The notes beneath the pieces were generated by a model. It was not told where the DNA came from. It searched no databases and worked only from the letters and a program-made list of their open reading frames with translations. A stretch of 64,000 bases of DNA from the human T2T-CHM13v2.0 reference genome, Homo sapiens, in contig CP068257.2 in assembly GCA_009914755.4 (NCBI GenBank), positions 44,704,001 to 44,768,000 on the forward strand, written 5' to 3'. The position numbers and the translations under genes were made by a program. Below, one piece after another: positions 50,229 to 64,000 of this stretch. Within the stretch, counting starts at the first letter, position 1, and the number at the start of each line of letters is the position of its first letter.

Positions 50229-51471
50229 GGTGCCTCTTGAGAGAAGCTGGAGCCATGTTGTCTTTCTGGACAAAATTAGACAGGGGTCTGATGCTGCTGG
50301 GAGCTGCCCTCCAGGCCAGTCCTCAGATGCCAGCTTCAGTTTCCTTTCGTTCCCAGTTTTGATCATAGGCAAACAGATGCTTTGGAGAATAGCACTTGTT
50401 CCCAAGCTGTGGATTTAAAATTAGGTTTTCTTGGTTTGTTTGGTTTAAAGAAAATGAAGTTCGGAAAGAATATTCAGAAAGGAGGAACTTGCATATCACA
50501 CATGAAGTGTGTGTTTCAAACCACGGCCTGATTTAGTCAGAGGAAGCATGTGGAGCGTGTGCACCTTCTGTGCCCTGTGTGGGGATGTGGCACATCTGGA
50601 TGTTTCCTGGACGGAAGGAGCTGGTCGCAGCCCTGTGCAATCAGATATGCCTGCTGGAGGCAGAGAGGACCAAAGCCCTGGACAGGGTGGGTGCCAAGGT
50701 CCTGCTCCTGGAGCATCAGCACCAAGCGGCCCTGCAGGAACTCAGAGATGTACGCTGCCAAGATGCAGGAGCATCAAGCAGGGCAGGCGGAGCTGGAGGA
50801 GCCGGGGGAGCCGGAGGTTCTGGGGGTGCTGGGGGAGCTACAGGTGCTGCGGGAGGGGCTGTGCAGGTGAGCAGCTCCACGTGTGTGGTTCCCACAGGGG
50901 TGCCTCCCCGGCTTCTCTGCCCTGAGTCTTCATCAGAGCGTTCAGGCACTTACGGATACACTTGGAGCCGCTGGATTGTGCGTGCAGTGGGGTCTGTGCT
51001 CAAAGAGTGCAGCTTCGTGGGGGCAGATGTGTCAGTGCACCTGGCCAGCGAGGCAGCTGCAGGGGTGGGCATCCGGGGGGGGGTGTCTTTGGTTGGCCTC
51101 CCCTCCTGTTGGGGCCTCCGGAGGGCAGGGTTCTGGTCTGGTCTGCAGGCAGTGAGTGGTCTGTGGCGCGACCAGATCTGTCCTACAGGCTACTTGGCAG
51201 CTGGACGAAACACAAAGTGGAGGCGATTCAGAGCCTGGGAGGTGCGGGGGTCGGGGAGGCTGGGGCTCATCCTGGGTGTCGCGCTAGGCAGCTGGGGGGA
51301 TAGTGAGGGGTGCCTGCCAGCTGATGATGGCATAGGGAGGGGCATGGAGAGCCTGGGGGCTGACAGGGGAGGCCACGCTTAGCTGGAGGGGTCATCCCAG
51401 GTTGGACTGGTGCAGGGGATGTGGCTTGTGTAGACACAGAAGCACATTTAGTTGCTCTTATAAATCTGCAC

Positions 51472-52048
<577 letters not shown>

Positions 52049-52064
52049 TTATTTTCTTTCTTTC

Positions 52065-52340
52065 TTTCTTTTTTTTTTTTTTTTAAAGACGGAGTCTCAA
52101 AAAAAGTCTAGAGTGCAGTGTCACGATCCTGGCTCACTGCAACCTCTGCCTCCCAGGCTCAAGCAGTCCTCCCACCTCAGCCTCCCAAGTAGCTGGGATA
52201 CAGGCACGGGCCACCACGCCTCGCTAATTTTTATTGTTTTGTCTCCCAGGCTGGTCTTGAACTCATGGGCTCAAGTGATCCTCCCGCCTTGGCCTCCCCA
52301 AAGCACTGGGATTACAGGTGTGAGCCTCTGCACCTGGCCA
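52065..52340 (-). mobile_element. Alu SINE just upstream of the CA-rich array
   Basis: ttttttttttttttaaagacggagtctcaaaaaaagtctagagtgcagtgtcacgatcctggctcactgcaacctctgcc...caggtgtgagcctctgcacctggcc. Confidence 0.9.
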
Positions 52341-52626
52341 GTGTAGTTACTTACTTTTTCAGTTTTTTAAAATCTTGTGTGTCAGAATATGCGTAAGCAC
52401 TGGTACCAAATTGTGTCAGAAGAAGCCAGACTGAGTAGTCGGAATCCCCCTTGGATTCCCAAGGTGGCCGTGAAGGGGCCTGGCTGAGGTCCCCTGCCAC
52501 CTGCTGTGGTCTTGATTCTCTGCACCTATGCAGGACTGCATTTAAGCAGCAAGGTCTCCCCACTTGTGGACCCGTGCACCTGCCCCATCCAGGCGCCACC
52601 ACCCCGCCTGCTGGTCTGCATGATGA

Positions 52627-53278
52627 GCACACGCACACACAGCACATGTGCACACACAGCACATGCACACACACATGCAGACACAGCACATACAGCACAT
52701 GTGCACACAGCATGTGTGCACACACACAGCACATGCACACACAGCACATACACAGCACATGTGCGCACACAGCACATGCGCATGCTCACACAGCATGTGC
52801 GCACAAACAGCACATACATAGCACATACACACATGCAGCACATGCGCACACACACAGCACATGCACACACACAGCACATACATGCAGCACTCACAGCATA
52901 TGTGCCCATACAAGGCACATGCACACAGCACATGCGCACACATAGCACATGTGCATACACAGCACATGCACACATGCAGCACACTCACAGCACATGTGCC
53001 CATACAAGGCACACGCACACACACAGCACATGCACACACAGCACACACACAGAGAGCACATGCACACAGCACATGTGCACACACAGCACATGCACATACA
53101 CAGCACATGTGCACGTGTAGCACATGCATGCACACAGCACATACACATAGCAGATGTGCACACAGCACGCACACACAACACGTGCACACACATGCACACG
53201 TGCTTACACAGCACATGTTCATACAGCACATGCTCATACACGCAGCACATGCACACATACACAGCACATGCACACATG
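52627..53278. repeat. ~650-bp CA-rich complex tandem array (CACAGCACATG / GCACACA units) in intron 15
   Basis: Continuous variants of acacagcacatgtgcacacacagcacatgcacac; purine-pyrimidine alternation with embedded ACATGT/CATG palindromes. Confidence 0.9.
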
Positions 53279-53889
53279 TCATTCTGCATGTTGTCCTGCA
53301 GGATGAATGCCTGGGGCCCTCCTGCTTCTGTGTTCTGGGTCTGTACGATTTTCTGGCCTTTCTGTGGGGGGAGGGTTAGAGTCTGGAGCACTTCAGAAAT
53401 AATTGATAATTTATTTGAAGCATTATGTGCAAATTTTAGGTGATTATGGTACATATGGTTTCAAGGGGGTTTTAAACAAGGACATGCTAAGATCTCATTT
53501 CTAGCCATAAAGTAAGGTTTTGAACCTGAAAGGTTTGCTTGGTGAAGAGGGACTGCTCCTGAGAATGGGTGATGCAGCGCCGGATTCTGAGGTTAGAAAT
53601 GACTTGTTTCTTCACGTGGACAGCTCTGGGTGCTGCCCAGTGTGGACACTGGCCCCTCAGTCCTGAGGCACAGCCCTGAGACCTGCACCCTGCTGGGTAT
53701 CGTGTGGGTCTGTCTTCTCTGGAAAAGTCAGATTCTGTCTCGCTTTTCCAGGGACTCATGCTAAAGAAATTCTGTCCGTTTTATCTGTGCATAGCACAAG
53801 GAGGTGTTCGTTTTCTGAAATCGTGTGTCACCTGTGTCCTTTAACCTGTACTTTTGTTCTTCTAGGGTGACTGTTGTTGTTGTTGTTTT

Positions 53890-54976
<1,087 letters not shown>

Positions 54977-55397
54977 TTATGTTTTTTGGGGCAGAGGGCA
55001 GCATTTGCAGGAATAGAATAACTCAGCAAGCCCCCGGTCCCGCTGGTTAGTGGGGTGCACGTTCAATACATCAGTCCCCCTCTCCTCCTGATTGTTTAGA
55101 AGCAAATCCAAGACACCATGTGTCTGCGAGTGAGGTGTTTTCCCCCAATACAGCATAACCATGATCCATTCTCACCTAAAACATCCACAGCGATCCCTGC
55201 ATTTCATCACAAGCCCAGCCCACGTGCCAGTCTCTTCTGGCTGGCTCACATCAGGATCTATTTGTTCCTGTGATGCTGGTCACTGTTCCCTCGTTCCTGC
55301 AAGCGTGTTGGTAGATCCACAGGCCTGTGATTGGTGAGAATGCTTCTTGTATGGTGGCCACTCCTCTCCTGGTCTCCTGGTCTTTCCTCAGGCTTTA

Positions 55398-55766
<369 letters not shown>

Positions 55767-58444
55767 TCATTGTCCCAGAATAGCTGGGATGTCCTGTTCT
55801 TCCCCGCGGCGATGCTTTATCTGAGCCTCAAATATCTTTGCACCTGTTGGAACAGCAGTCACTTGTCAGCAGTGTGACTTGACCTACACTTGTGGGGTGA
55901 TTGGATTACTTTCCGGGATACCGCCCTTGAGAGTTTGGTTGTGAGGAAAGTCCTCTGAAAACGTAAGCTTGATTTCTTTTTGATAGAAGTATGTATCCCA
56001 TAAGATTCCCCTGCCCTGCCCTGCCCCGCCTGTGCTGGTAACACGACGCAGAGCTGAGTGCAGAAGTGAATCGCATGCGGCCGGTGTGGGATGCTCAAGG
56101 CGGTGTCATCTTTTCTCGGATTGAAAACCCAAATCTATTCATAGGTTAATTATTTTAATATTAAGATAATATTAACGTTGGTTTAGATAGCATTTGAATG
56201 TCCTAAATGCGTTCTCAATTGAATGTCTTTGCCTTCTGACATTGGTATTCTCTGTGCATGCCACTTACTTATGATTAAAACATATGTGATATTTTTCTAT
56301 AATTGTGTGGATTTTAGAAAAACCTGAAAATAACTTTTTTTGAAACGTCTTTTTTGATACTGACCTCACAGCTTAGAAGAACATGGTCAATTTAAAGAGT
56401 TTTATTCCAGGCTAGAGCCTCTGCCAGGGGGTTGCAGGAAGAAAATCTCCTTTGAGCCGGCCGGTCAGATTGAGGGGGTGGCTGAGGACGCACGCTTCTG
56501 CTCGACATTGTGGCCGAGCCGAGGCCCTGGGCCTGAGGGATCACATGTGGGGCACTGGCCGTCTCACTGCTGGGCCTGCATGCCTGTGACCTGCCCAGCC
56601 CTGCCCGACGTCTCCTGGGGGCTGTCCCCCCGCGGGGAGCCGCCTCATTTGGCCTCCACCACCTCCTACGTCCTCTGCAGGTCTGCCGAAGGCCTGAGAG
56701 TGTGCAGGCAGGACAGGGCCAAGCGTGGACAGTTAGGGTGGCTCCCCTGGGTGCGAGGCGGTACCTGCGGGTGGTGCTGTGCCTTGAAACAAAGCGAAGG
56801 TCAAGACTGCACACATGGAGCTTCCAGCTGCCAGTGGGTGGAGGGAGCGCCACCTCTGTCTGCCATGCCCGGGCGTCCTGGTGGGCTGCGTGCAGTGTTG
56901 GCACTCCCTGGCTGGGGTTCTCTGTGGAGCCTGCCCTCTACCCTCTCCGTCTGCAGTGTGTGACTCTGGGATCCCGGAGGCCGCGGGGCTAGAGCGTGGC
57001 ACCAGCTGTGCTCCTGAGTGGGGCGTAGTTTGGGACGCCTGGAGCTTAGGCCAGGCTCCGCAGGCTCTGGGGGTGTCCAATGTTCTTGGGCTCCCGTGTT
57101 GGCCTCAAACAGAAGTTTGATTTTCTCATTGTTACACGGTAGGCCTCTATGAGAGATTTTTGTCCAAAGAGAGTAAGTAGTCTGTGGCTCAGAAAGATGT
57201 TCAAAGGACCACTGATTTCAGCCTTGGACTCTTGCCACATCCTTTGCTGGGCACCGGGAGCGCAGAGGTTTGCCCTCGGGCCCCACAGGCTGACGCTGTG
57301 GATGCCAGGAGGGAAGCGCCTGATCTGTGCCTGGCTGGGCCTGAGGAGCCCGTCCACTGTGTCTGAGCATGAGCTGTTGTGGGCACCATGGTGGCGCCTG
57401 GTCTTGAGGATTAATTTTCCTGTTTTCCCAGTCCCTTGGCCTCTGTCCTGCCGGGTGCATTGGCATTTGGGGTTTTGTTCTTGAATTCACCAGCGTTTTG
57501 TGGTTGGTGTACACTGAACCAGCATCCCTGTTTGGACCTCTTACTCCTGGCCCGCTGCCCCCTCCCTGGCTGTTGGTCCGGATCAATGCGTCTGTCCCCC
57601 AGGAGACGCACTGCTGATGGTTGGGGTATCAGCAAGGTAATTAAAGTTCTTTGGAAACTTTGTAGTGTGCACAGCTCAGAAGTTAATCTTAAGTCCTTCC
57701 TTTCAAACAGATGGAACTAAATCAAATCCAGGAGAGAAAGTTGATTAAAGTGAACTGTACTCACATTCCAAATGGCCTTGAGACCTTGCGAGTGACTTCA
57801 GTGTTGTGCCGTGCGAACCCGTTTCTGGTCCCTGTGACTAAGATGCAGATGCACAGCCCACCTGGCACCTCAGCAAGTTCCAGGCCGGCGCGGGGGGCAC
57901 CCGATCCTTTATCCTTTTCCTCCCCATGGCTTATCACACAAAAAAGGTAGAGAATAAAGGTCATTTCTGGTGTCAGGGCTTCCATGTGTTTATTGAAACT
58001 GTTGCCCCAGTTACTTCAGAAAAGGCACTCACTCATTGTTGACGTCTTCCTCCTCCTGAAGCTGGTGGAGCCCCAGCCCTCAGCCCTCCTGGCCGTGCTG
58101 GGCAGGGAGCGGGAGCCGGCAATCCACCCCAGATGTTCTGGAGCAGCAGGTCCCGGAGCAGCAGGTCCCACTGCTGAGGACATGGGCTTCGTGCTGTCCT
58201 TTCCTGCCTGCTAAGTAGATACAAAAAACTTACTTTATCAGTTACCTTTTCACATGCCAAGTCAAAACACAAAATAATTTCATTGTCTTAAAACTGAGCT
58301 TTTTCTAGGCAACTTTTGTCAGGCCTTTTTATATTTAAATCTGCTGTGTAACACACCTTTTCTACCAAGAATCTGTCATCACTTATCTTAGAGCTGAGAA
58401 AAGTTTATTCTAAAATATTTCATCACCTCAAAAAGAAACCCCCA

Positions 58445-58700
58445 GTGGCTCGTGCCTATAGTCCCAGCACCTTGGGAGGCTGAGGCAGGAGGATTGCTGG
58501 AGCCCAGGAGTTCAAGACCAAAAATAAAAAAATACTAAAAATAAAAAAATTAGCCTGGCATATTGGCGTGCCCATATAGTTCCAGCTACTCAGAGGCTGA
58601 GGTGGGAGGACCACTGGAGCCCAGAAGGTTGAAGCTGTAGCAAGCTGACATCGCACCACTGCACTCCAGGCTGCATGACAGCAAAACGTTGTCTCAAAAG
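58445..58700 (+). mobile_element. Alu SINE (diverged)
   Basis: cagtggctcgtgcctatagtcccagcaccttgggaggctgaggcaggaggattgctggagcccaggagttcaagacc...cactgcactccaggctgcatgacagcaaaacgttgtctcaaaag. Confidence 0.85.
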
Positions 58701-60994
58701 ATAATCAATGAAAATTAAGGAAGAAAACAAGAAACTCCCCATTCTCCCTTCTCCCCCATGCCTGGTGATGTGCCGTCTGCTTGCCGTACCTGTGGGCGTC
58801 CTACGTACATAGACTCAGCGTGTGCCCTCGGTGTCCGCGGCTTTCACTTTGTGTGTTTCCCAGGTTGGCGCACGTTGTAGCATGTGTCAATACTTGCTTG
58901 GTATGTGTTTTCTGCATATCTTATGCCCTTTTTGTTCTGTATTCCTCCATTACTGCCTTTTTTCACTTTAATTTCCTTGATGTTTCCTTTACCATACGGT
59001 GGTCGCCCCTTACCCACAGGGGATGCATTCCAAGACCCCCAGTGGGTGCCTGAAATCGTGAATGGTTCTGAACCCCTTATATGCTGTTTTTGTCTATACA
59101 TACCTGTCATCAACTTTTACCTTAAAGGAATCACCCTGTGGTGTCTCTGGCATATCTGAATTGCTCCGTCATCAACTTTTAACTGAAAGGCATCACTCTA
59201 TGGTGTCTCTGGCACGTCTGAATTGCAGCATTGCAATTGAACGGCCTCTCTTGCGCTTTGGGGCCGTTATTAAATGAAGTAAAGGTGACTTGAACACAGG
59301 CACTGTGATGCTGTGACAGTTGGTCTGATCACCGAGATGCCTGCGTGTGGGCAGGTAGTGCTTGCCACGTGGATAACGCCGGACAGAAGGATGACCCCCG
59401 GCCTGGCCTGCGAGATTTCCTCACACCGTTCAGCTTGGGGGCAGGCAGTTTAACACTCATAAGAGTTGTTTACTTCTGGAATTTTTCATACGATATTTTC
59501 AAAATGACGTTGAACACAAGTAACTGAAACCGCAGACAAAGGGGACTGATATATATTGAGTTATTTTCTTAGCGCTTGCCCTGAGCGTTACAGCAAGCAC
59601 CTTCTAACAATCTGGTTTGGATTAATACCAACTTAATTTTAAAAGTTTACAAAACCATTTGCTAATGTAGCATCATTCCCTCGTCTGCCCTTTGTGCTCA
59701 TATTGTCGTACCAACCACATCTTTCTATCTTTTTGTGCTCGTTACTTTATGCACGTGTCTTTTAAACCAGGAGGAAGAAGAATTGTAAACAAAAGCCATG
59801 TTGTTTTGTCTCCTGTTTTCTCTGTGTCGTTACCTGCACTACTGCTGCTCGTTTCTTCCTGGAAATTCAGGTCTGGTGCCTTATGTTTCAGCCCGAAGGA
59901 CTTCCTCTGGGATTTCTTGAAGGACAGGTCTGCTAGTGATGAATCCTCTTAGCTTTTGTTTTTGTGGGAATGTCTTAATTTCTCCTTCATCCTTGAGAGA
60001 TCATTTCCTGGATGTGGACTTCAAGATCCAGGCTTTTCCTTCAGTGCTGCGTGGGCTCTCCGCTGCCTCCCCTGTCATCCGGGGCTGCGTGTCGTGAGCT
60101 GCGCCCGTCTTCCTGGGCTGCGTGTCGTGAGCCGCGCCCGTCTTCCCGGGCCGCGTGTCGTGAGCCGCACCCATCTTCCTGGGGCTACGTGTCTTGAGCG
60201 GCACCCATATACCTGCTGTGCACTGGCTGGCCTCAAGCTTTGTCCTGAACCCTGCTGAGGTTTGGCTGTGATGGGTGAAGTGTGGGTCTCTGTCAGTTTG
60301 TCCTACTTGGAGTTCATTGAGCTTGTATGTGGGGATTATTATTTTTATTATTATTGTTATTTTCATCAAATTTGGGAGGTTTTTGGCCGTCGTGTCTTCA
60401 AGGGTTCCTCTGCCCTTTTCTCTCCCTCTGTCTGGCTTGAGGGTGCCCCGCAGGCCTTGGAGACTGCTGAGTTTTCTTCATGTTTCTTTCTGTTCCCTGA
60501 CTGGATCGTCTTAATTGACCTATCTTCCAGCGTGTGAATTCTGTCTTCTGCCTGCTCGAGTCTGCTGCCGAACCCCTCTCTAGTGAATTTTTTTTTCTGT
60601 GATTGTATTTTTCAGCTCCAGATGTCAAGGGAGCTCTATTTCAGTCTTTCTCTCTGCTGAGGGCCCTGCGTGCATTGTGCCCTCAGGGCTCTGGCGGGCG
60701 GTGGACAGCCTGGCCCTGGCCTTCACCCCTGCTGTGCCAAGCCACATGGTCACTGCAGCCGGCCCAGGACCTCTTGGGCCTTTCCAGCGTGGGCACAGCC
60801 CTGCACGTGTTCACACCTTGTAGAGTCCCAGAAGATGTCAGAGCTTTCCAGAGGCCCCTGTGGACATCGCATTCTCAAGTGTTTTCTTTTGTTTTTCTGG
60901 CAGTCCCTTATTAGTCCCAACTGGTTTCTCTACTGTGGGCAGTGCGGCTATTAAACACTTGACACTGACTGTTTCCAACCGGTGCCCTGGGGTA

Positions 60995-61298
60995 GATTTT
61001 TTTTTTTTTTTTTTTTTTTTTTGAGACAGAGTCTCTGTCGCCCAGGCTAGAGTGCAGTGGCGCAATCTAGGCTCACTGCAAGCTCTGCCTCCCAGGTTCA
61101 CACCATTCTCCTGCCTCAGACTCCCGAGTAGGTGGGACTACAGGTGCCCACCACCACACCCAGCTAATTTTTGTATTTTTAGTAGAGATGGGGTTTCACC
61201 ATGTTAGCCAGGATGGTCTCGATCTCCTGACCTTGTGATCTGCCCGCCTTGACTTCCCAAAGTGCTGGGATTACAGGCGTGAGCCACCGCGCCCGGCC
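60995..61298 (-). mobile_element. Alu SINE
   Basis: tttttttttttttttttttttttttgagacagagtctctgtcgcccaggctagagtgcagtggcgcaatctaggctcactgcaagctctgcc...ggcgtgagccaccgcgcccggcc. Confidence 0.9.
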
Positions 61299-61721
61299 AA
61301 CCCTGGGTAGAATTTTTGACACCGAGAGCTCTGACCCAGTCACGGCAGCAAGGTGCCCGGCAGGTGGGCTCGGGCAGTTGTGCATGGAAATTTTGGGGTG
61401 CTCCAAATCCATTCTGTCCCCCACCCCACCCCAGCAGCTACTGGTTTTCAGGGCTGTTAGATTGGAGAGGAGATATGGAGTCAGGGCAAAGTTAAGCACC
61501 TGAAGTTTGTTCTTATGGACACTCAGCCTGTGTTTTCCATAAACACTCTTCGGATGATTGCAAACCTGACCAGATTTCCACAGCTCTGAAAACACTGGTT
61601 TTGATGGTTTTTACCACTTTTTCTTTTATAGAGGAACAGATTTTGGAGGTCCTTACTTTGCCATTCTAGAAGTGCTACCTCTGGAAGTTTAAAAAAATAA
61701 GCTTATTTCATTAATTTAATT

Positions 61722-62084
<363 letters not shown>

Positions 62085-62521
62085 CTATTGAACCTTATTT
62101 AAAAGGTTTTGTTATTTAGAAAGAAGGTTTAATCTTTTAAAAGGGAAGGAACCTAGGTTTCCAAATATCTTGGGTTTTCATGGCTGTAATTCCTTGATGG
62201 TGAACTTCTTAGTGTGACTCTTAAAGATGTTACAGGAGCCATTTGGGAATGGTAGTGAGCAGTTGCTTATGACACGCAGCTGTCACCAGTGCGAACTTGT
62301 GTCTCCTTAAGTGTTTTATCCCCGAAACCAGGACTTTGTGTTCCCAGTGAAGTCCTTGAACCCATGTTTTCTTTGATGGGGGCTGTGGTCTGGCTCATCC
62401 CGGCTCTTGGTGCAGAGTGGGGGCTCCATGCATATCTGCTGAATGTGCTGAATTCCGGCTAACAGCAAAGAAAGTATTTTTCTAGCTTACTGGTATTTTT
62501 TATTGTTATTGATGTGTACAG

Positions 62522-62668
62522 GGTGAATTTGGAAGTGAAAAGAAAACTGCTTTGCATGAAAAAGAGGAGACACTTCGGCTTCAGAGTGCACAGGCACAGC
62601 CTTTTCACCAAGAGGAGAAAGAGTCTTTGTCTCTGCAGCTTCAAAAGAAGAATCACCAAGTCCAGCAG
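62522..62668 (+). CDS. PCNT: Pericentrin exon 16 (GEFGSEKKTALHEKEETLRLQSAQAQPFHQEEKESLSLQLQKKNHQVQQ)
   Basis: Acceptor ttttttattgttattgatgtgtacAG at 62520-21; donor cag|GTGTGT at 62669; 147 nt, phase 0-0, compatible with exon 15; charged coiled-coil-like translation. Confidence 0.7.
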
Positions 62669-62737
62669 GTGTGTGGAATACGCTGTTCCCTTGTGATAAG
62701 ACGTGTATAGCATAAAAATCATTTTCACTTTATTTCA

Positions 62738-64000
62738 GTGCACAGTTCAGTGGCAGGAGTGCACTCATGGTGTTGTGCATTTATAGTGTTGTACATTCAG
62801 TGGCGGAAGCGCATTCACAGTGTTGTAGATTCAGTGGCGGAAGCGCATTCACGGTGTTGTGCATTCAATGGCGGAAGCGCATTCACCATGTTGTATATTC
62901 AGTGGCGGAAGCGCATTCATAGTGTTCTGCATTCAGTGGCAGAAGCACATTCACGGTGTTGTGCATTCAGTGGCGGAAGCGCATTCATAGTGTAGATTCA
63001 GTGGCGGAAGCGCATTCATAGTGTAGATTCAGTGGCGGAAGCGCATTCATAGTGTTCTGCATTCAGTGGCGGAAGCCCATTCACGGTGTTGTGCATTCAG
63101 TGGTGGAAGCGCATTCATGGTGTTGTGCATTCAGTGGTGGAAGCGCATTCACAGTGTTGTATATTCAGTGGCGGAAGCGCAATCACAGTGTTGTATATTC
63201 AGTGACGGAAGCGCATTCACAGTGCTGTGCATTCAGCAGCAGAAGCGCATTCACGGTGTTGTATATTCAGTGGCGGAAGCGCATTCACCATGTTGTATAT
63301 TCAGTGACGGAAGCGCATTCACGGTGTTGTGCATTCAGTGGCAGAAGCTCATTCACAGTGTTGTGCATAGTTCAGTGGCGGAAGCACATTCACGGTGTTG
63401 TATATTCAGTGGCGGAAGCGCATTCACGGTGTTGTGCATTCAGTGGTGGAAGCGCATTCACGGTGTTGTGCGTTCAGTGGCGGAAGCGCATTCACGGTGT
63501 GCGTTCAGTGGCGGAAGCGCATTCACAGTGTTGTATATTCAGTGGCGGCAGCGCATTCACAGTGCTGTGCATTCAGTGGCGGAAGCGCATTCACCGTGTT
63601 GTATATTCAGTGACGGAAGCGCATTCACGGTGTGCATTCAGTGGCGGAAGCGCATTCACGGTGTTGTGCGTTCAGTGGCGGAAGCCCATTCATGGTGTTG
63701 TGCATTCAGTGGCGGAAGCGCATTCACGGTGTTGTGCATTCAGTGGCGGAAGTGCATTCACAGTGTTGTATATTCAGTGACGGAAGCGCATTCACAGTGC
63801 TGTGCATTCAGTGGCGGAAGCCCATTCACGGTGTTGTGCATTCAGTGGCGGAAGCCCATTCACAGTGCTGCGCATTCAGCAGCGGAAGCGCATTCACAGT
63901 GTTGTATATTCAGTGGCGGAAGCGCATTCACAGTGCTGTGCATTCAGTGGTGGAAGCCCATTCACGGTGTTGTGCATTCAGTGGCGGAAGCGCATTCACA
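62738..64000. repeat. 34-bp minisatellite, at least 37 copies, running past the window end, in intron 16
   Basis: Unit gcattcagtggcggaagcgcattcacggtgttgt with variants (tgtatattca / tgtagattca), continuous from ~62738 to the last base. Confidence 0.95.

Noticed and set aside
52506-53454. Multiple overlapping His/Thr/Cys-rich ORFs on both strands (up to 246 aa)
   Set aside because: They are translations of the CACAGCACATG array. Simple-sequence artefacts.
56400-57600. GC-rich, ORF-dense block in intron 15 (several 100-185-aa ORFs on both strands)
   Set aside because: There is no consistent frame and no splice-site pair matching the PCNT phase. The composition resembles a degenerate GC-rich intron, and there is no CpG-island density to suggest a promoter.
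63052-63780. 242-aa ORF (…QWRKRIHSVV…)
   Set aside because: It is a periodic translation of the 34-bp minisatellite.

Overview
This window is primate (almost certainly human) nuclear DNA, and I identify it as the 5' third of the pericentrin gene PCNT on the + strand. I see no prokaryotic features: no operons, no CRISPR array, no rRNA or tRNA genes.

A 2.3-kb CpG island (about 4390-6700) holds the promoter and first exon. The start codon is at 5574, and exon 1 reads MEVEQEQRRRKVEAGRTK. Downstream I can trace 16 coding exons, all with GT-AG introns and mutually consistent codon phases. Joined together they translate to the pericentrin N-terminal coiled-coil region as I remember it (MEVEQEQRRRKVEAGRTKLAHFRQRKTKGDSSHSEKKTAKRKGS...VAHELQGVHQ), followed by a 16th exon (GEFGSEKKTALHEKEE...NHQVQQ). 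This comparison is from memory, not a database search.

The introns are saturated with Alu SINEs. I count roughly 75 copies, about 35-40% of the bases, most of them in the minus orientation inside introns 3-4 and 13. Intron 3 also carries a truncated L1 ORF2 fragment. Intron 3 further carries a THE1/MaLR-type LTR next to another old interspersed repeat.

The less ordinary content is a set of long tandem arrays:
- a coding 39-bp x 9 repeat inside exon 3, giving a 13-aa DHPPEQxGMFTVS repeat;
- a 21-bp x ~50 G-run minisatellite and a 64-bp x 5 repeat in intron 14;
- a ~650-bp CACAGCACATG-type array in intron 15;
- a 34-bp minisatellite of at least 37 copies that runs off the window end, in intron 16;
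- 54-bp and 37-bp repeats in introns 13 and 6;
- a G-rich tandem / G4 cluster just after exon 1.

I also flag:
- a frame-preserving candidate cassette exon in intron 15;
- inverted Alu pairs flanking exons 7-8, the geometry that favours back-splicing;
- a probable bidirectional promoter shared with a head-to-head upstream gene.

I did not find a previously undescribed system in this window. The honest novelty is the density of in-gene tandem arrays and a few splice-related hypotheses. All coordinates are from manual reading; repeat boundaries are approximate, about +/-15 bp.
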